Under the pieces are notes generated by a model that worked only from the letters and a program-made list of their open reading frames with translations, ran no database searches and had not been told where the DNA came from. From NCBI RefSeq assembly GCF_000143415.4, contig NW_003314298.1:310001-374000 (forward strand): a DNA stretch of 64,000 nucleotides, in the 5' to 3' direction. Below are positions 51,029 through 63,145 of this stretch, piece by piece. A program made the translations under genes and the position numbers. This DNA is from Selaginella moellendorffii (taxonomy: Eukaryota; Plantae; Lycopodiophyta). The first letter of the stretch is position 1. Each line of letters begins with the position of its first letter.

Positions 51029-54000
51029 TGTCAAGATCCCCAACAAGATCAAGACTGGAAAATGCAAAAGACAAAGAGAAAAACTAGTGGAAACAAAGAA
51101 GAAGCCTTAGACTGGTGTTGATTCAGATTGTGGATAAATGGAACAAGGCTAACCTATATATACTATAGGTTGATGAAGCTCCACCACTCTTGGATCGAGG
51201 ACGGCCTAAATATAGCTGAGGTCGAAGAGGCGCCACATCATTATCAGGAATGTGGCTCAAGACTCAGGAATCGTGCAGGAAATCAGAGAGTCAGGAATAG
51301 GGAAGAGTCTCGAGAGTTAGGAATAGGGAAGTGTCTCGAGAATCAGGAATGTGGTCTGCAGGTTAGGAATCCAGCAAGATTCAGGAATGTGGTATGAATT
51401 GGGGGATTCCTGACAGTACCCCCTCCTCAAGAACAAGTGGAATGAGGACGTGAATGAGAACGAAGAGGAGGATGAGATGGGCGGTGAAGGACGGGAGATG
51501 GAGAAAAAGAATGAGGACTGGGATGAGAAGGATAGCAGCGGTGGAAGTCCTGAACAAGGTCAGGAGAATGAATCAGGTTGTCCGCAGGTTCCCAAGTGCG
51601 TTCTTCAGGTCTATAACCCTTCCAGTCGACCAAATAATAGAGTTTAGACCATGAGATCTTGGAATCAAGGATGTCTTGAACCTTGTACTCAGACCCATCC
51701 TCGAGCTGTATTGGTGGAGGCAGAGGAATGACCCAATTTGGAATAGGACTGGGAATATAAGGCTCAAGGAGACAGGAGTGTAAAACGGGGTGAATTTGAT
51801 AGGAGGAGGGAAGTGCAAGGTGATAAGTAACAGGATTAATGATAGTAATGATAGGGAAAGGACCTAGGCGTTTGAAATCGAGTTTGGGACAAGGCCTGGT
51901 GGTGGAGATATTTCATCTGAGGAGCCAGACTTTATCCCCAATATTGTAAGGGGAACAACCCTGACAATGGGCATTGGCAAATGTTTTATGAAATTCCTAA
52001 GCACGATGGAGGTGGAAGGAGATGGAGTTGTGGATTTCCTTGAGGTTGGAGACAAATGTCTCAGAGTGGGGATTTGAATGAGAGGATTCGGATGGAGAAG
52101 GAAGTGAGAGATTGAATTGGGGATTTTGGCCAGAGTTTGCAAAGAAGGGGGAAACTCGAAGAGAGGAGTGAACAGAGTTGTTATAGGAGAACTCAGCAAG
52201 GGGAAGGATATTGAACCAGTCATCTTGATGATAGTTGATGAAGCACCTTAGGAATTTTTCTAACGTCTGAATCGTTCGCTCGGACTGTCCATCAGTTTGA
52301 GGATGATATGCCGAAAAGAGGTTGGCCTTCACTCCAAGCAGCTACAAAAACCATTGCCAAAAATGAGAGATGAACTGAGGTCCCCAATCCGAAACCACAT
52401 CTGCAGGAATCCCATGAAGTCGGAAAATTTCCCTAAATACCAGTTTTGCCATGTCCTTGCCCGAAAACTCCTTCGTACATGGCAGGAAGTGCGCAATCTT
52501 TGTGAAGCAATCCACCACGACTAAAATGCTGTTGAAGCCTCCAGAACTTGGAAGATCACTCAAGAAATCCATGGAGATGGATTCCCAAGGACCTGAAGGG
52601 ATCGGGAGGGAACGAAGCAAATCTGAAGGAAGATGGCGAGGTACCTTATTTCGGGAGCAAGTGTCACAAGAGGTAACAAAAGTTTTGATGTAGTCGTCCA
52701 TGTGAGGCCACCAAAAGTCCCGTGCAACCAGCTCATAGGTTTTTGCGATGCCGAAGTGACCAGCAGTCGGGCTATCGTGGCATGCCATCAGGACCAACCT
52801 TCAAGCATCACCTTTAGGAACGTAAAGTTGCTCCCCACGGTACAACAAGCCATCTAAGAACTCGAACTCGTCAAATTGCCGACAGTCGGGAGTCACTGGC
52901 TGTCCAGCCTGAAGATGGGGGAAAATGTCGCTGGCGAGTTCATCAGATTGAAGATCGTTTCTAATCACATCCATCAAGGAGGAGTCCTGAGGGGCTAGGG
53001 AAATTGCCATAACTTGAAGCCGATTAGGACCAAGGATAACTTGATCCTACTGATCGAAGGCAGGATTACCAGGCCTGAGACTAAGATTCCCGCCTTGAAA
53101 GAGCATCAGGAAGGCCTTGAAGCTTTCCAGGTCTATACTTTATAACAAAGTCAAACCGACTCAGGAATTGTGCCCACCTTGTTTGATGACGGCTCAAAAC
53201 TCAGGAAGTGGCAAAGTACTCGAGATTTTTGTGATCCGTCTAGACTGTTGTTTGATGGCCCACCCCGTCCAAGAAACGGCGCCACTCTCCAAAGGAATCC
53301 ATGATGGCAAGGAGCTTCTTGTCGTGGATTTCGTAATTGATCTCCACAGGCTGGAATTTCCGAGAATGGAAAGCGACCGGATGAAGTTCTTGATTTGCTC
53401 TGAGTTGAGACAGCACAGCACCGATGGTAAAGTCGGAGGCGTCAGCCTCGATGAAGAAAGGTTGTGAGGGATCAGCGTGGATCAAATCGAGAGCAGAACT
53501 GAAGGCCACCTTGAGTGTGTCGAAGGCCTGCTAGGCAACAACAGACCAAGAGAAGGGAACATCCTTGTGAGTGAGATGCGTGAGAGGAAGGACAATGTTA
53601 GAGTAGTGATCAATGAATTTGCGGTAGAAGTTGGCAAAGCCAGGGAAAACCTGAATGTTCGACATTGATTGTGGACAGTCCCATTTGAGAATAGTCTTGA
53701 CTTTGGTAGGATCCATTGTGATACCCTCAAGAATGACAATGTATCCAAGGAACTCTACAGATTGCTGATCAAATGAACATTTCTCAAGCTTCGCGTATAG
53801 GCCGTGTTCTTGCAGCTTCGCTAGCACCTGTAAGCAACAAAAGGGAACGACTCAAGAGACGATCCATAAGGGTTCAAATATAAAGGGAAAGGGCCTATGA
53901 ACAAAAATGCACCTCTTTTTCCAATCGGTTAAGGGTCTTGGGATATTTGGGGTTAAACGTCCTTGGGTTTGAGTAGTACTGGGCTGGGTGACTTCCCGGG

Positions 54001-55908
54001 AAGTCCAAACTCACAGCACCTTGCGTACATGTTTGTCGTGCTCCTCCTGAGTTTTTGAGTAGATGAGGATGTCATTGAGGTAGACGATCACCATCTGATC
54101 AAGAAACTCCCGAAAGACGTCGTTCGCCATGTGTTGGAAAACTGCTGGAGCATTTGTCAAGCCAAATGGCATGACAGTGTACTCGAAGTGGCCATAGCGG
54201 GTTCAAAACGAAGTCTTCCATTCATCACCAGGCCTGATCCGGATCAGGTTGTATGCTCCACGGAGGTCGATCTTGGTGAAGAAGCGGGGGCAGCGGATAA
54301 CAGTTCCAAACAGTCACCTTGTTCAAACCTCAGTAGTTGATGACTAGCCGCAAACTCCCATCCTTCTTCTTGACAAAGAAGACAAGCGCTTTAGTCGGGG
54401 ATTGCGAATGCTGAATGTACCCTGAGGCAAGGTTCTCATCCACGTACTTTTTGAGGGCCTTAAGCTCGGACGGGGATAACCTGTAGATAGGCCCCCACGG
54501 AGGTGACTCTCCTTCCTGTAAATCAATGGGACAGTCATAAGGCCGATGAATAGGCAGTACACTAGCTTTTTCCTTGTCAAACACATCCCCAAAATCATGA
54601 TACTTCTCAAGAAGACTGATAAAAGAAACATGCAAAGCAAAAAGGAAAATAGGTTCTTTATGAAAGAGTTCTTTCATAATGCTTGTGGAGATAAGAGGAG
54701 GCGTACGAATAAATGGAATGATGAGATGAGGATATTGTCCAGGGTAAGATGGAAGAGAGCAAAAAGAAGAAGGTGAAAACTTCGTAGAGTCAAGAATAGA
54801 ACCCCGATTTGAGTTTAGGGAACTTTTCCTGATTCGGACTCAATGAACACCAAGGGAAGTCGTGGGAGATGGTGATGTGGGAGAGATGAGCTGATTCCTT
54901 CCAACTGAGTGTCCAAGGCAAGGAGTTGGAACTCTACAACGTATATTGAGGCAGGACGAGACTCCTAAGAGAGATGTCTCATCTTTGTGGTAGCAGCCTG
55001 AACCCGATCCGTCTCACCAAAACATGCTTCGAGCTTCTCTTTGAATAATTGAAGATCCATCAGCTCCGGAACCACGACCCCTTTCATGCTCTTCTCTAGA
55101 AGAGGAGAAAACCATGACAAAGCTGCACCTTCGAGCAACGTCCCAATCACGCTGATTTGAAACTCGGGAGTGGGGTACCGCTGATGTTGAAGTGCGAAGA
55201 TCAACTCTATCTAGTTTAAGAATCCGCAAAGCTCCAAACGCTTGCCTGAAAATTTCGCCGGGAAACTCACCTTCAGTTCAGGAACTTTGCTGGATCCTTG
55301 AGCCGAAAGTGAAGCAAGCTCCTGCTGCATGCGAATAAGGGTCGCCTTCAGCTTGGTTTTCTCAGACTGGATTTTTGCAAGGACTTCGGCAAAGAAACCA
55401 GGATGGCTTGGAGACTCCATCGGCAGAAAGAATGGAAAAAAGGGGGAAAAAAGGCAAAGGCAGTCAAACAATCAAAACGAGCTAAAGGAAAAAAAATGAA
55501 AAAACACAATCTGAATCAAACTGTCAAGACCCCCAACAAGATCAAGACTGGAAAATGCAAAAGACAAAGAGAAAAGCTAGTGGAAACAAAGAAAAGGCCT
55601 TAGACTGGTGTTGATTCAGATTGTGGAAAAATGAAACAAGGCTAACCTATATATACTATAGGTTGATGAAGCTCCACCACTCTTGGATCAAGGACAGCCT
55701 AAATATAGCTAAGGTTGAGGAGGCACCACATCATCATCAGGAATGTGGCTCAAGACTTAGGAATCGTGCAGGAAATCAGAGAGTCAGGAATAGGGAAGAG
55801 TCTCGAGAGTCAGGAATAGGGAAGTGTCTCGAGAATCAGGAATGTGGTCTGTAGGTTAGGAATCCAGCGAGATTCAGGAATGTGGTATGAATTGGGGGAT
55901 TCCTGACA
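51029..55908 (-). mobile_element. Chromovirus (Tcn1/Tf1-sushi-like) Ty3/gypsy element B, nested in the gag of A; LTRs 51029-51415 and 55522-55908
   Basis: 387-bp TG..CA LTRs; TSD ATGGC both sides; PPT; RT, RNase H, integrase (SAYHPQTDGQSER); chromodomain LVDWKGYRPEERTWEP. Confidence 0.95.
53829..54015 (+). mobile_element. Solo LTR (187 bp) with a 5S rRNA-derived segment, Cassandra/TRIM-like, inserted in the RT of element B
   Basis: TG...CA ends; TSD GCACC at 53824-53828 and 54016-54020; absent from sister element C; 53952-54006 resembles the 5S A-box/IE/C-box region. Confidence 0.85.
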
Positions 55909-58600
55909 ATGGCGAGGAAGATCCTTGTCATGGACATGGGTGATATGAAAGCATTCTATGCCTTCATATCAAGCTTCCAAACCTAGGCTTGAGGCAAGGT
56001 GATGTGTTGGAACCTGACCAACTACAAAGAAACGTTAGATGCAGTTATCAAGGTGCATTTCAATGATAACTTGCGAAAAGGTAACACAATAGGGTCAGTG
56101 TCCACGTTTAGTAAATGGGCCAAACCAAGGGGGACATATGGCAAAGGGAAATGCAAGAAGAGTTTCTCTAAAAATGAGTCCTCAGGTTCTGGAAAGGCAA
56201 ATCCGGTGGCCAACGAACAAGTATATGGGAGAGTTATGTGAAAAGGGACAAACTCACAGATAAAAAGGTCAAGTCTACTAGTAGTGTGGGAAACAACATA
56301 CGCTTCAACTACAGTGAAGCAAAACACTTTTCGAGGGAATGTCCCTACCCAAAGAAAGCTAGAGCTAATATAGCCATTAAGTCGAGTGAAATTCAAATTG
56401 AGGTATATAATCCAATCTCTAACTCAAAGTTACTCATTACATGAACAACTTTGATAGAGAGTCATTCACAACATTTCCTACCCCTCTAAGGGAAGCTCAG
56501 AGGTAGCTTTATTAAGATTTTTATTGACACAAGTGTTTCAGATAATTTTGTGGCTGCAAATATAGTTTGGTAAGCCGGACTAATGGTGTAGTGGCTGGGT
56601 GAACCAAGGACACTAAATTTTGTTTAAAGTAACCAAAGCACCGATGAGGTACTTCGATAAACGAGAGTCGAAGTAGGGATACGGAAAGTAGACATGGATT
56701 TCACTATGTTGAACATGGCGGGATTTAATATAATTTTTGGGATGGATTGGTTCAATTGGTTTGCAATAGTCCTACATGGACAAGGTAGGAACTTTGTGGT
56801 ATTGGCGAATGCTTGGGGAGAACGATTTAGGGTGGAGGCCCAAGATCTAAAGGTAGGGCAATGTAATGCCAAAAACTTTTGCTTAAACCTGATGTCCATG
56901 AAAGGACAATTCGCTAAAGGAACCAAGGCAACATTTTTGTGCTTACTCTCATTAAGGAGTAACAAAAAGACAGGAACAGAAAAAATACTTTTAATGATCC
57001 AGCGAGTGTTAAACTAATTCTAAGATACCATGTCAGAGGAGTTACCGACAGAGTTGCCCCCCGCACGACTGATAGAATATAAAATTGAGCTAATCGAGGG
57101 TGCTAAGGCAATAGTTCGTCCCCCCTATCGTTTGAACGAAAAAGAACTCCAAGAGCTCAAATGCCAACTAAAAGAGTAAGGTATGTTAGGTTGAGCAAAT
57201 TGTTGTATGGGGCACTGGTGTTATTTGTGAAAAAGAAAGATGGATCTATCCACATATGTATAGATTATTGATTGCTCCATAAATATACAAAGAAGAACAA
57301 GTACCCTTTGCCAAGGATTGAGGATTTGTTCAATAGGTTAGGAAAGGCAAAATACTTCTCGAGGATTGACCTAAGGTCAGGATACTACCAAATCAGGGTA
57401 GCAGAGAAAGATGTCAAAAAAACAATCTATCGGACAAGGTATGGGAGCTTTGAGTTTTTGGTGATGCCCTTTGGGTTGTGCAATGTGCCAGCAACGTTTT
57501 CGGCACTAATGAACTATATCTTTGTACCCTATTTAAATCATTTTCTAGTCATCTATATTGATGACATCCTGATCTATAACGAAACACAAGAGGAGCATGC
57601 AAAACACTTGACGAAGGTGTTTGAGAAACTAAAGGAACACAAATTGTATGCTAAAGAGAGCAAATGTGATTTTTCTTAACAAAATGTAATGTTTCTCAAA
57701 CATATAGTGGGCAAGGACAAGCTCAAGGTGGACCTTGAGAAGGTCCAAGTGATCCAGGAATGAGAGTGACCATCGAATGTACATGAGTTGAAGGCGTTCC
57801 TGGGCCTATGCAACTACTATCGAAAGTTTATCAAACACTATTCAAGAGTAGCCTTGCCCTTAACAAACCAAACAGGTAAAGGGAAGATGGTATGGACAGC
57901 AGAATGTGAGGTGGCATTTGTCCACCTCATAGGGAAGTTGAGGAAGACTCCCGTGTTGGCATTACCAAACTTTAGTAAAGATTTTGAGGTAGAAACGGAT
58001 GCTTTAGATTTTGCGTTGGGCACAGTTTTGAAGCAAGACAACCATCTAGTGATATTCTTCTCGAATAAGTTAGACAAGGCTCAGCAAAAGTGGCCTGCCC
58101 ACAAGAAGAAATTATTTGCGGTGATCAAGATGCTCAAAGAGTGGCAATACTACCTTAGGAGGCACTTCAAAATTTACATAAATAATATGGCAATGAAACA
58201 CTTCTGCTCGTAGCCCAACATAAGAGGGAAACAAGGTTGGTGGGCCAATACTTTGGCCGAGTTTGATTGCGAGATTTTGTATAAACCTGGGAAGAGCAAC
58301 ATCGTGGCGAATGCTCTAAGTCGAAAGGCAAGCTTGAAGTTGGCGGTATCTAGCGCAACAACAACCTTTTAGGATGATGTGCAGACAGCATATGAGAATG
58401 ATGGTTTAACACAAGAAGTGTTGCTAAGGAATCAAAAGGCGCAGGATGCTCACTAGAGAGGTGAGCTACTAATGGAAGAAAAAATAAGTTATACAGAACA
58501 CAATAAACTCATCTATTATAAACAAACGAGAATGTATGTTTTAGAAGGGGAACTAAGAAAGGTAGCCTTAGAAGAGTGTCATGATGGACCTTTTGCAGGA

Positions 58601-61600
58601 TGTCAGGAATCCCCCAATTCTTGCCACATTCTTGACTCTCGCCGGATTCCTAACCTGCAGACCACATTCCTGACTCTCGAGACACTTCTCTATTCCTGAC
58701 TCTCTGATTTCTTGTACGATTCCTGAGTCTTGAGCCACATTCCTGATGATGATGTGGCACCTCCTCGATCTCAGCTATATTTAGGCCGTCCTCGATTCAA
58801 GAATGGTGGAGCTTCATCAACCTATAGTATATATAAGTTAGTTTTGTTCCATTTCTCCATAATCTTAATCAACGCCAATCTAAGGCCTCTTCTTTGTTTC
58901 CACTTACTTTTCTCTTTGTCTTTTGCATTTTCCAGTCTTGATCTTGTTGGGGGTCTTGACAGTTTGATTTAGATTGTGTTTTTTCATTTTTTGCTTTAGC
59001 TCGTTTTGATTGTTTGACTGCCTTTGCCTTTTTTTCCCCTTTTTTCTTTCTTCTTGCTGATGGAGTCTCCAAGCCATCCTGATTTCTTTGCCAAAGACCT
59101 TGCAAAAATCCAGTCTGAGAATACCGAGCTAAAGGCGACCCTTATTCACATGCAGCAAGAGCTTGCTTCACTTTCGGCTATAGGATCCAGCAAAGTTCCT
59201 GAACCAAAGGTGAGTTTCCCGGCGAAATTTTCAGGCAAGCGTTTGGAGCTTCGCGGATTCTTAAACTAGATAGAGCTGATCTTCGCACTTCAACATCAGC
59301 AGTACCCCACTCCCGAGTTTCAAATCAGCATGATTGGGACATTGCTCGAAGGTGCAGCTTTGTCATGGTTTTCTCCTCTTCTGGAGAAGAGCATGAAAGG
59401 GGTCGTGGTTCCGGAGCTGATGGATCTTCAATTATTCAAAGAGAAGCTCGAAGCATGTTTTGGCGAGACGGATCAGGTTCGGACTGCTACCATAAAGATG
59501 AGATGTCTCTCTCAAGGGTCTCGTCCTACCTCGATCTATGCTGTAGAGTTCCAACTCCTTGCCTTGGACACTCAGTGGGATGAGCGGTCCTTGATTGACC
59601 AATTTCGTTTTTGCCTCAACAACAGTGTCAAGAATTTGTTGCTCACCATAGAGGATCCCAAGGACTTATCGGACGCCATCAACAAAGCTGTTCGATATGA
59701 CAATCGTCTCTTTGAACATCGTCAGGAAAGTCGCCGCGCCGCTGTTTTTCCATCCCAGACTCAGGAATCCCAGCTTGAGTCTTTGGGGCATACTCTTGAA
59801 CCTACTCCTCCGGTCCCGATAGATATTTCTGGTACTCCCCGACTCATTAGAGGGAAGTTGAGTCCTGCTAAGAAGCAACATCGAATATCTCATAATCTTT
59901 GCCTCTACTGTGCTGATCCTAATCACAAAGCAGCTGTGTGTCCCAAGAAGCCTCGCCGACTGCTTGAGTTCACTCTACCTCAAAGTCCACCTCTGTTGCA
60001 GTTGGGAAACGACCCCGTCCGAACATAGTAGGAGCTATCTATTTGGACTCCCCAAATAAAAATCACTTTTCTTCTTTATCAAGCTCTTCACCACCTTTCA
60101 TCAAAGCCACCACCAATTCCCGCAACTTCCGCGTCCCATGTCTGCTTTCTTTCACCAAACAATCAGGATTCAAAGCCCTGGCATTACTGGACTTGGGTGC
60201 AACTTCCTGCTTCATAGACATGGACTTTGCTGCCTGACATCACGTTCCTCTTTCTCCTACCATATAGGATCTGAGGGTTGAAGGAATTGATGGGCATTTT
60301 GTGTCTCCATCTTTTGGACTTAGGGAAACGTTGCCCATTTGAGTACACATTGGGTCCACCATCATCGATATCGCCTTCAACATCATCAACAGCAAGTCCT
60401 CCTCTATGGTGCTTGGTCTTCCTTGGTTCCAACTACATTTGCCTCAGATCTATTGGAAGGAATTACAGCTCATCTCTCCCACATCACCATCTCCCACGGC
60501 TTCCCTTGGTGTTCATCGAGTCCGAATCAAGAAAAGTTCCCTAAACTCAAATCGGGGTTCTGTTCCTGACTCTACAACGTTTTCACCCTCTTCTTTTTCC
60601 TCTCTTCCATCTTACACTGGACAGTATCCTCGTCTCATCATTCCATTTAGTCGTATGCCTCCTCCTATCTCCACAATCACTATGAAAGAACTCCTTCATG
60701 AAGAACCTATTTTCCTTTTTGCTTTGCATGTTTTTCCTGTCAGTCTTCCTGAGAAGTATCATGATTTTGGGGATGTGTTTGACAAGGAAAAAGCTAGTGT
60801 ACTGCCTGTTTATTGGCCTTATAATTGTCCCATTGATTTACAGGAAGGAGCGTTACCTCTATGGGGGCCTATCTACGGGTTATCCCCGTCCGAGCTTAAG
60901 GCCCTCAAAGAGTACGTGGATGAGAACCTTGCCTCGGGGTACATTCAGCATTTGCAGTCCCCAATTAGAGCGCCTGTCTTCTTTGTCAAGAAGAAGGATG
61001 GGAGTTTGCGGCTAGTCATCGACTACTGAGGTTTGAACAAGGTGACTATTTGGAACTGTTATCCGCTGCCCCTGATCTCGGACCTGTTGGAACGCCTTGG
61101 CGGTGCCCGCTTCTTCACCAAGATCGACCTCCGTGGAGCATACAACCTGATCCGGATCCGGCCTGGTGATGAATGGAAGACTGCATTTGGAACCCGCTAT
61201 GGCCACTTCAAGTACACTGTCATGCCATTTGGCTTGACAAATGCTCCAGCAGTTTTCCAACACATGGCGAACGACGTCTTTCGGGAGTTTCTTGATCAGA
61301 TGGTGATCGTCTACCTCGATGACATCCTCATCTACTAAAAAACTCAAGAGGAGCACAACGAACATATATGTAAGGTGCTGTCGAAGCTGCAAGAACACGG
61401 CCTATATGCGAAGCTTGAGAAATGTTCCTTCGATAAGCAGTCTATGGAGTTCCTTGGGTACATTGTCACTCCTGAGGGTATCACGATGGATCCTGCCAAA
61501 GTCAAGACTATTCTTGAATGGGAGCCTCCACAATCAATGTCGGACATTCAGGTTTTCCTTGGCTTCGCCAACTTCTACTGCAAATTCATTGATCACTACT

Positions 61601-62793
61601 CTGACATTGTCCTTCCTCTCACGCATCTCACTCGCAAGGATGTTCCCTTCTCTTGGTCAGCTGCTGCCCAGTAGGCCTTGGCTAAACTCTGGCCAAAATC
61701 CCCGATTCAATCTCGCACTTCCTTCTCCATCCGAATCCTCTCATTCAAATCCCCGCTCTAAGGCATTTGTCTCCAACCTCCAAGAAATCCACAACTCCAT
61801 CTCCTTCCACCTCCATCGTGCTCAGGAATCTCACAAAAAATTTGCCAATATCTATCGTCAGGATTGTCCCCCTTACAATATTGGGGATAAAGTCTGGCTC
61901 CTTAGGTGAAATATCTCCACCACCAGGCCTTGTCCAAAACTTGATTTCAAACGCCTCAGTCCTTTCCCTATTACTGCCATCATTAATCCTGTCACTTATC
62001 GCCTTACACTTCCCTCCTCATATCAAATTCACCCTGTTTTTCACTCCTCTCTCCTTGAGCCTTATATTACTAGTCTTATTCCAAATTGGGTCATTCCTCC
62101 GCCTCCACCAGTGTAGCTCGAGGATGGGTCTAACTACGAGGTTCAGGACGTCCTTGATTCCAAGATCTCACAGTCTAAACTCTACTATTTGGTCGACTGG
62201 AAGGGTTATGGACCTAAGGAACGCACTTGGGAACTTGCAGACAACCTGATTCATTCTCCTGACCTTTTTTAGGACTTCCACCGCAACTATCCTTCTCATC
62301 CCAGTCCTCATTCTTTTTCTCCATCTCCCATCCCTCGCCACTCATCTCATCCTCCTCTTCGTTCTCGTTCACGTCCTTGTTCCACTCGTTCTTAAGGAGG
62401 GGGTGCTATCAGGAATCCCCCAATTCTTGCCACATTCCTGACTCTCGCGGGATTCCTGACTTGCAGACCACATTCCTGACTCTCGAGATACTTTCCTATT
62501 CCTGACTCTCAAGACACTTCCCTATTCTTGACTCTCTGATTTCCTGTATGATTCCTGAGTCTCGAGCCACATTCCTGATGATGATGTAGCGCCTCCTCGA
62601 CCTCAGTTATATTTGAGCTATCCTTGATCCAAGAGTGGTGGAGCTTCATCAACCTATAGTATACATAAGTTAGCCTTGTTCCATTTCTCCACAATCTGAA
62701 TCAACACTAGTCTAAGGCCTCTTCTTTGTTTCCACTAGCTTTTCTCTTTGTCTTTTGCATTTTCCAGTCTTGATCTTGTTGGGGGTCTTGACA
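58601..62793 (+). mobile_element. Chromovirus element C (same family as B), nested at the integrase start of A; LTRs 58601-58961 and 62407-62793
   Basis: TSD CAGGA both sides; gag with CLYCADPNHKAAVC knuckle; protease LDLGAT; [10 protein letters not shown]; chromodomain; PPT aaggagggggtgc. Confidence 0.95.
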
Positions 62794-62894
62794 CAGGACA
62801 CATCAGAGTGCTGTAAGGAACCAACTCCCCGAGATGTCATAGGCTAAAGGATCCCTTAAAGCACGACCGAAATGATAAAGAGTTCATCAGATTG

Positions 62895-63145
62895 GACCGA
62901 GTTCGAGATCGAGTCCAAGACCAACTTTGGGACCAAGTTTGAGATAGAGTCCGGGATTGAGTCTGAGGCCAACTCTGAGACCAAGTTTGAGACTGAGTCC
63001 GAGATCCAAAATCAGGTCCAAAACTGAGTCTGAGGTTGAGTCCAAGGTCGAGTATGAGATTGGGTCCGAGGTCGAGTTTGAGATCGAGTCCGAGACCAAG
63101 TCCGAGGTCGGGTCCGAGATCAAGTTCAAGACTGAGTCTGAGAAC
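62895..63145 (+). repeat. Degenerate 6/12-bp tandem repeats inside the right-hand LTR, followed by a long G run
   Basis: gagtcc/gagacc/aagttt units; poly-G at about 63189-63213. Confidence 0.8.

Noticed and set aside
53952-54006. Functional 5S rRNA gene
   Set aside because: Only about half the gene, no T-run terminator, and embedded in a TSD-flanked LTR
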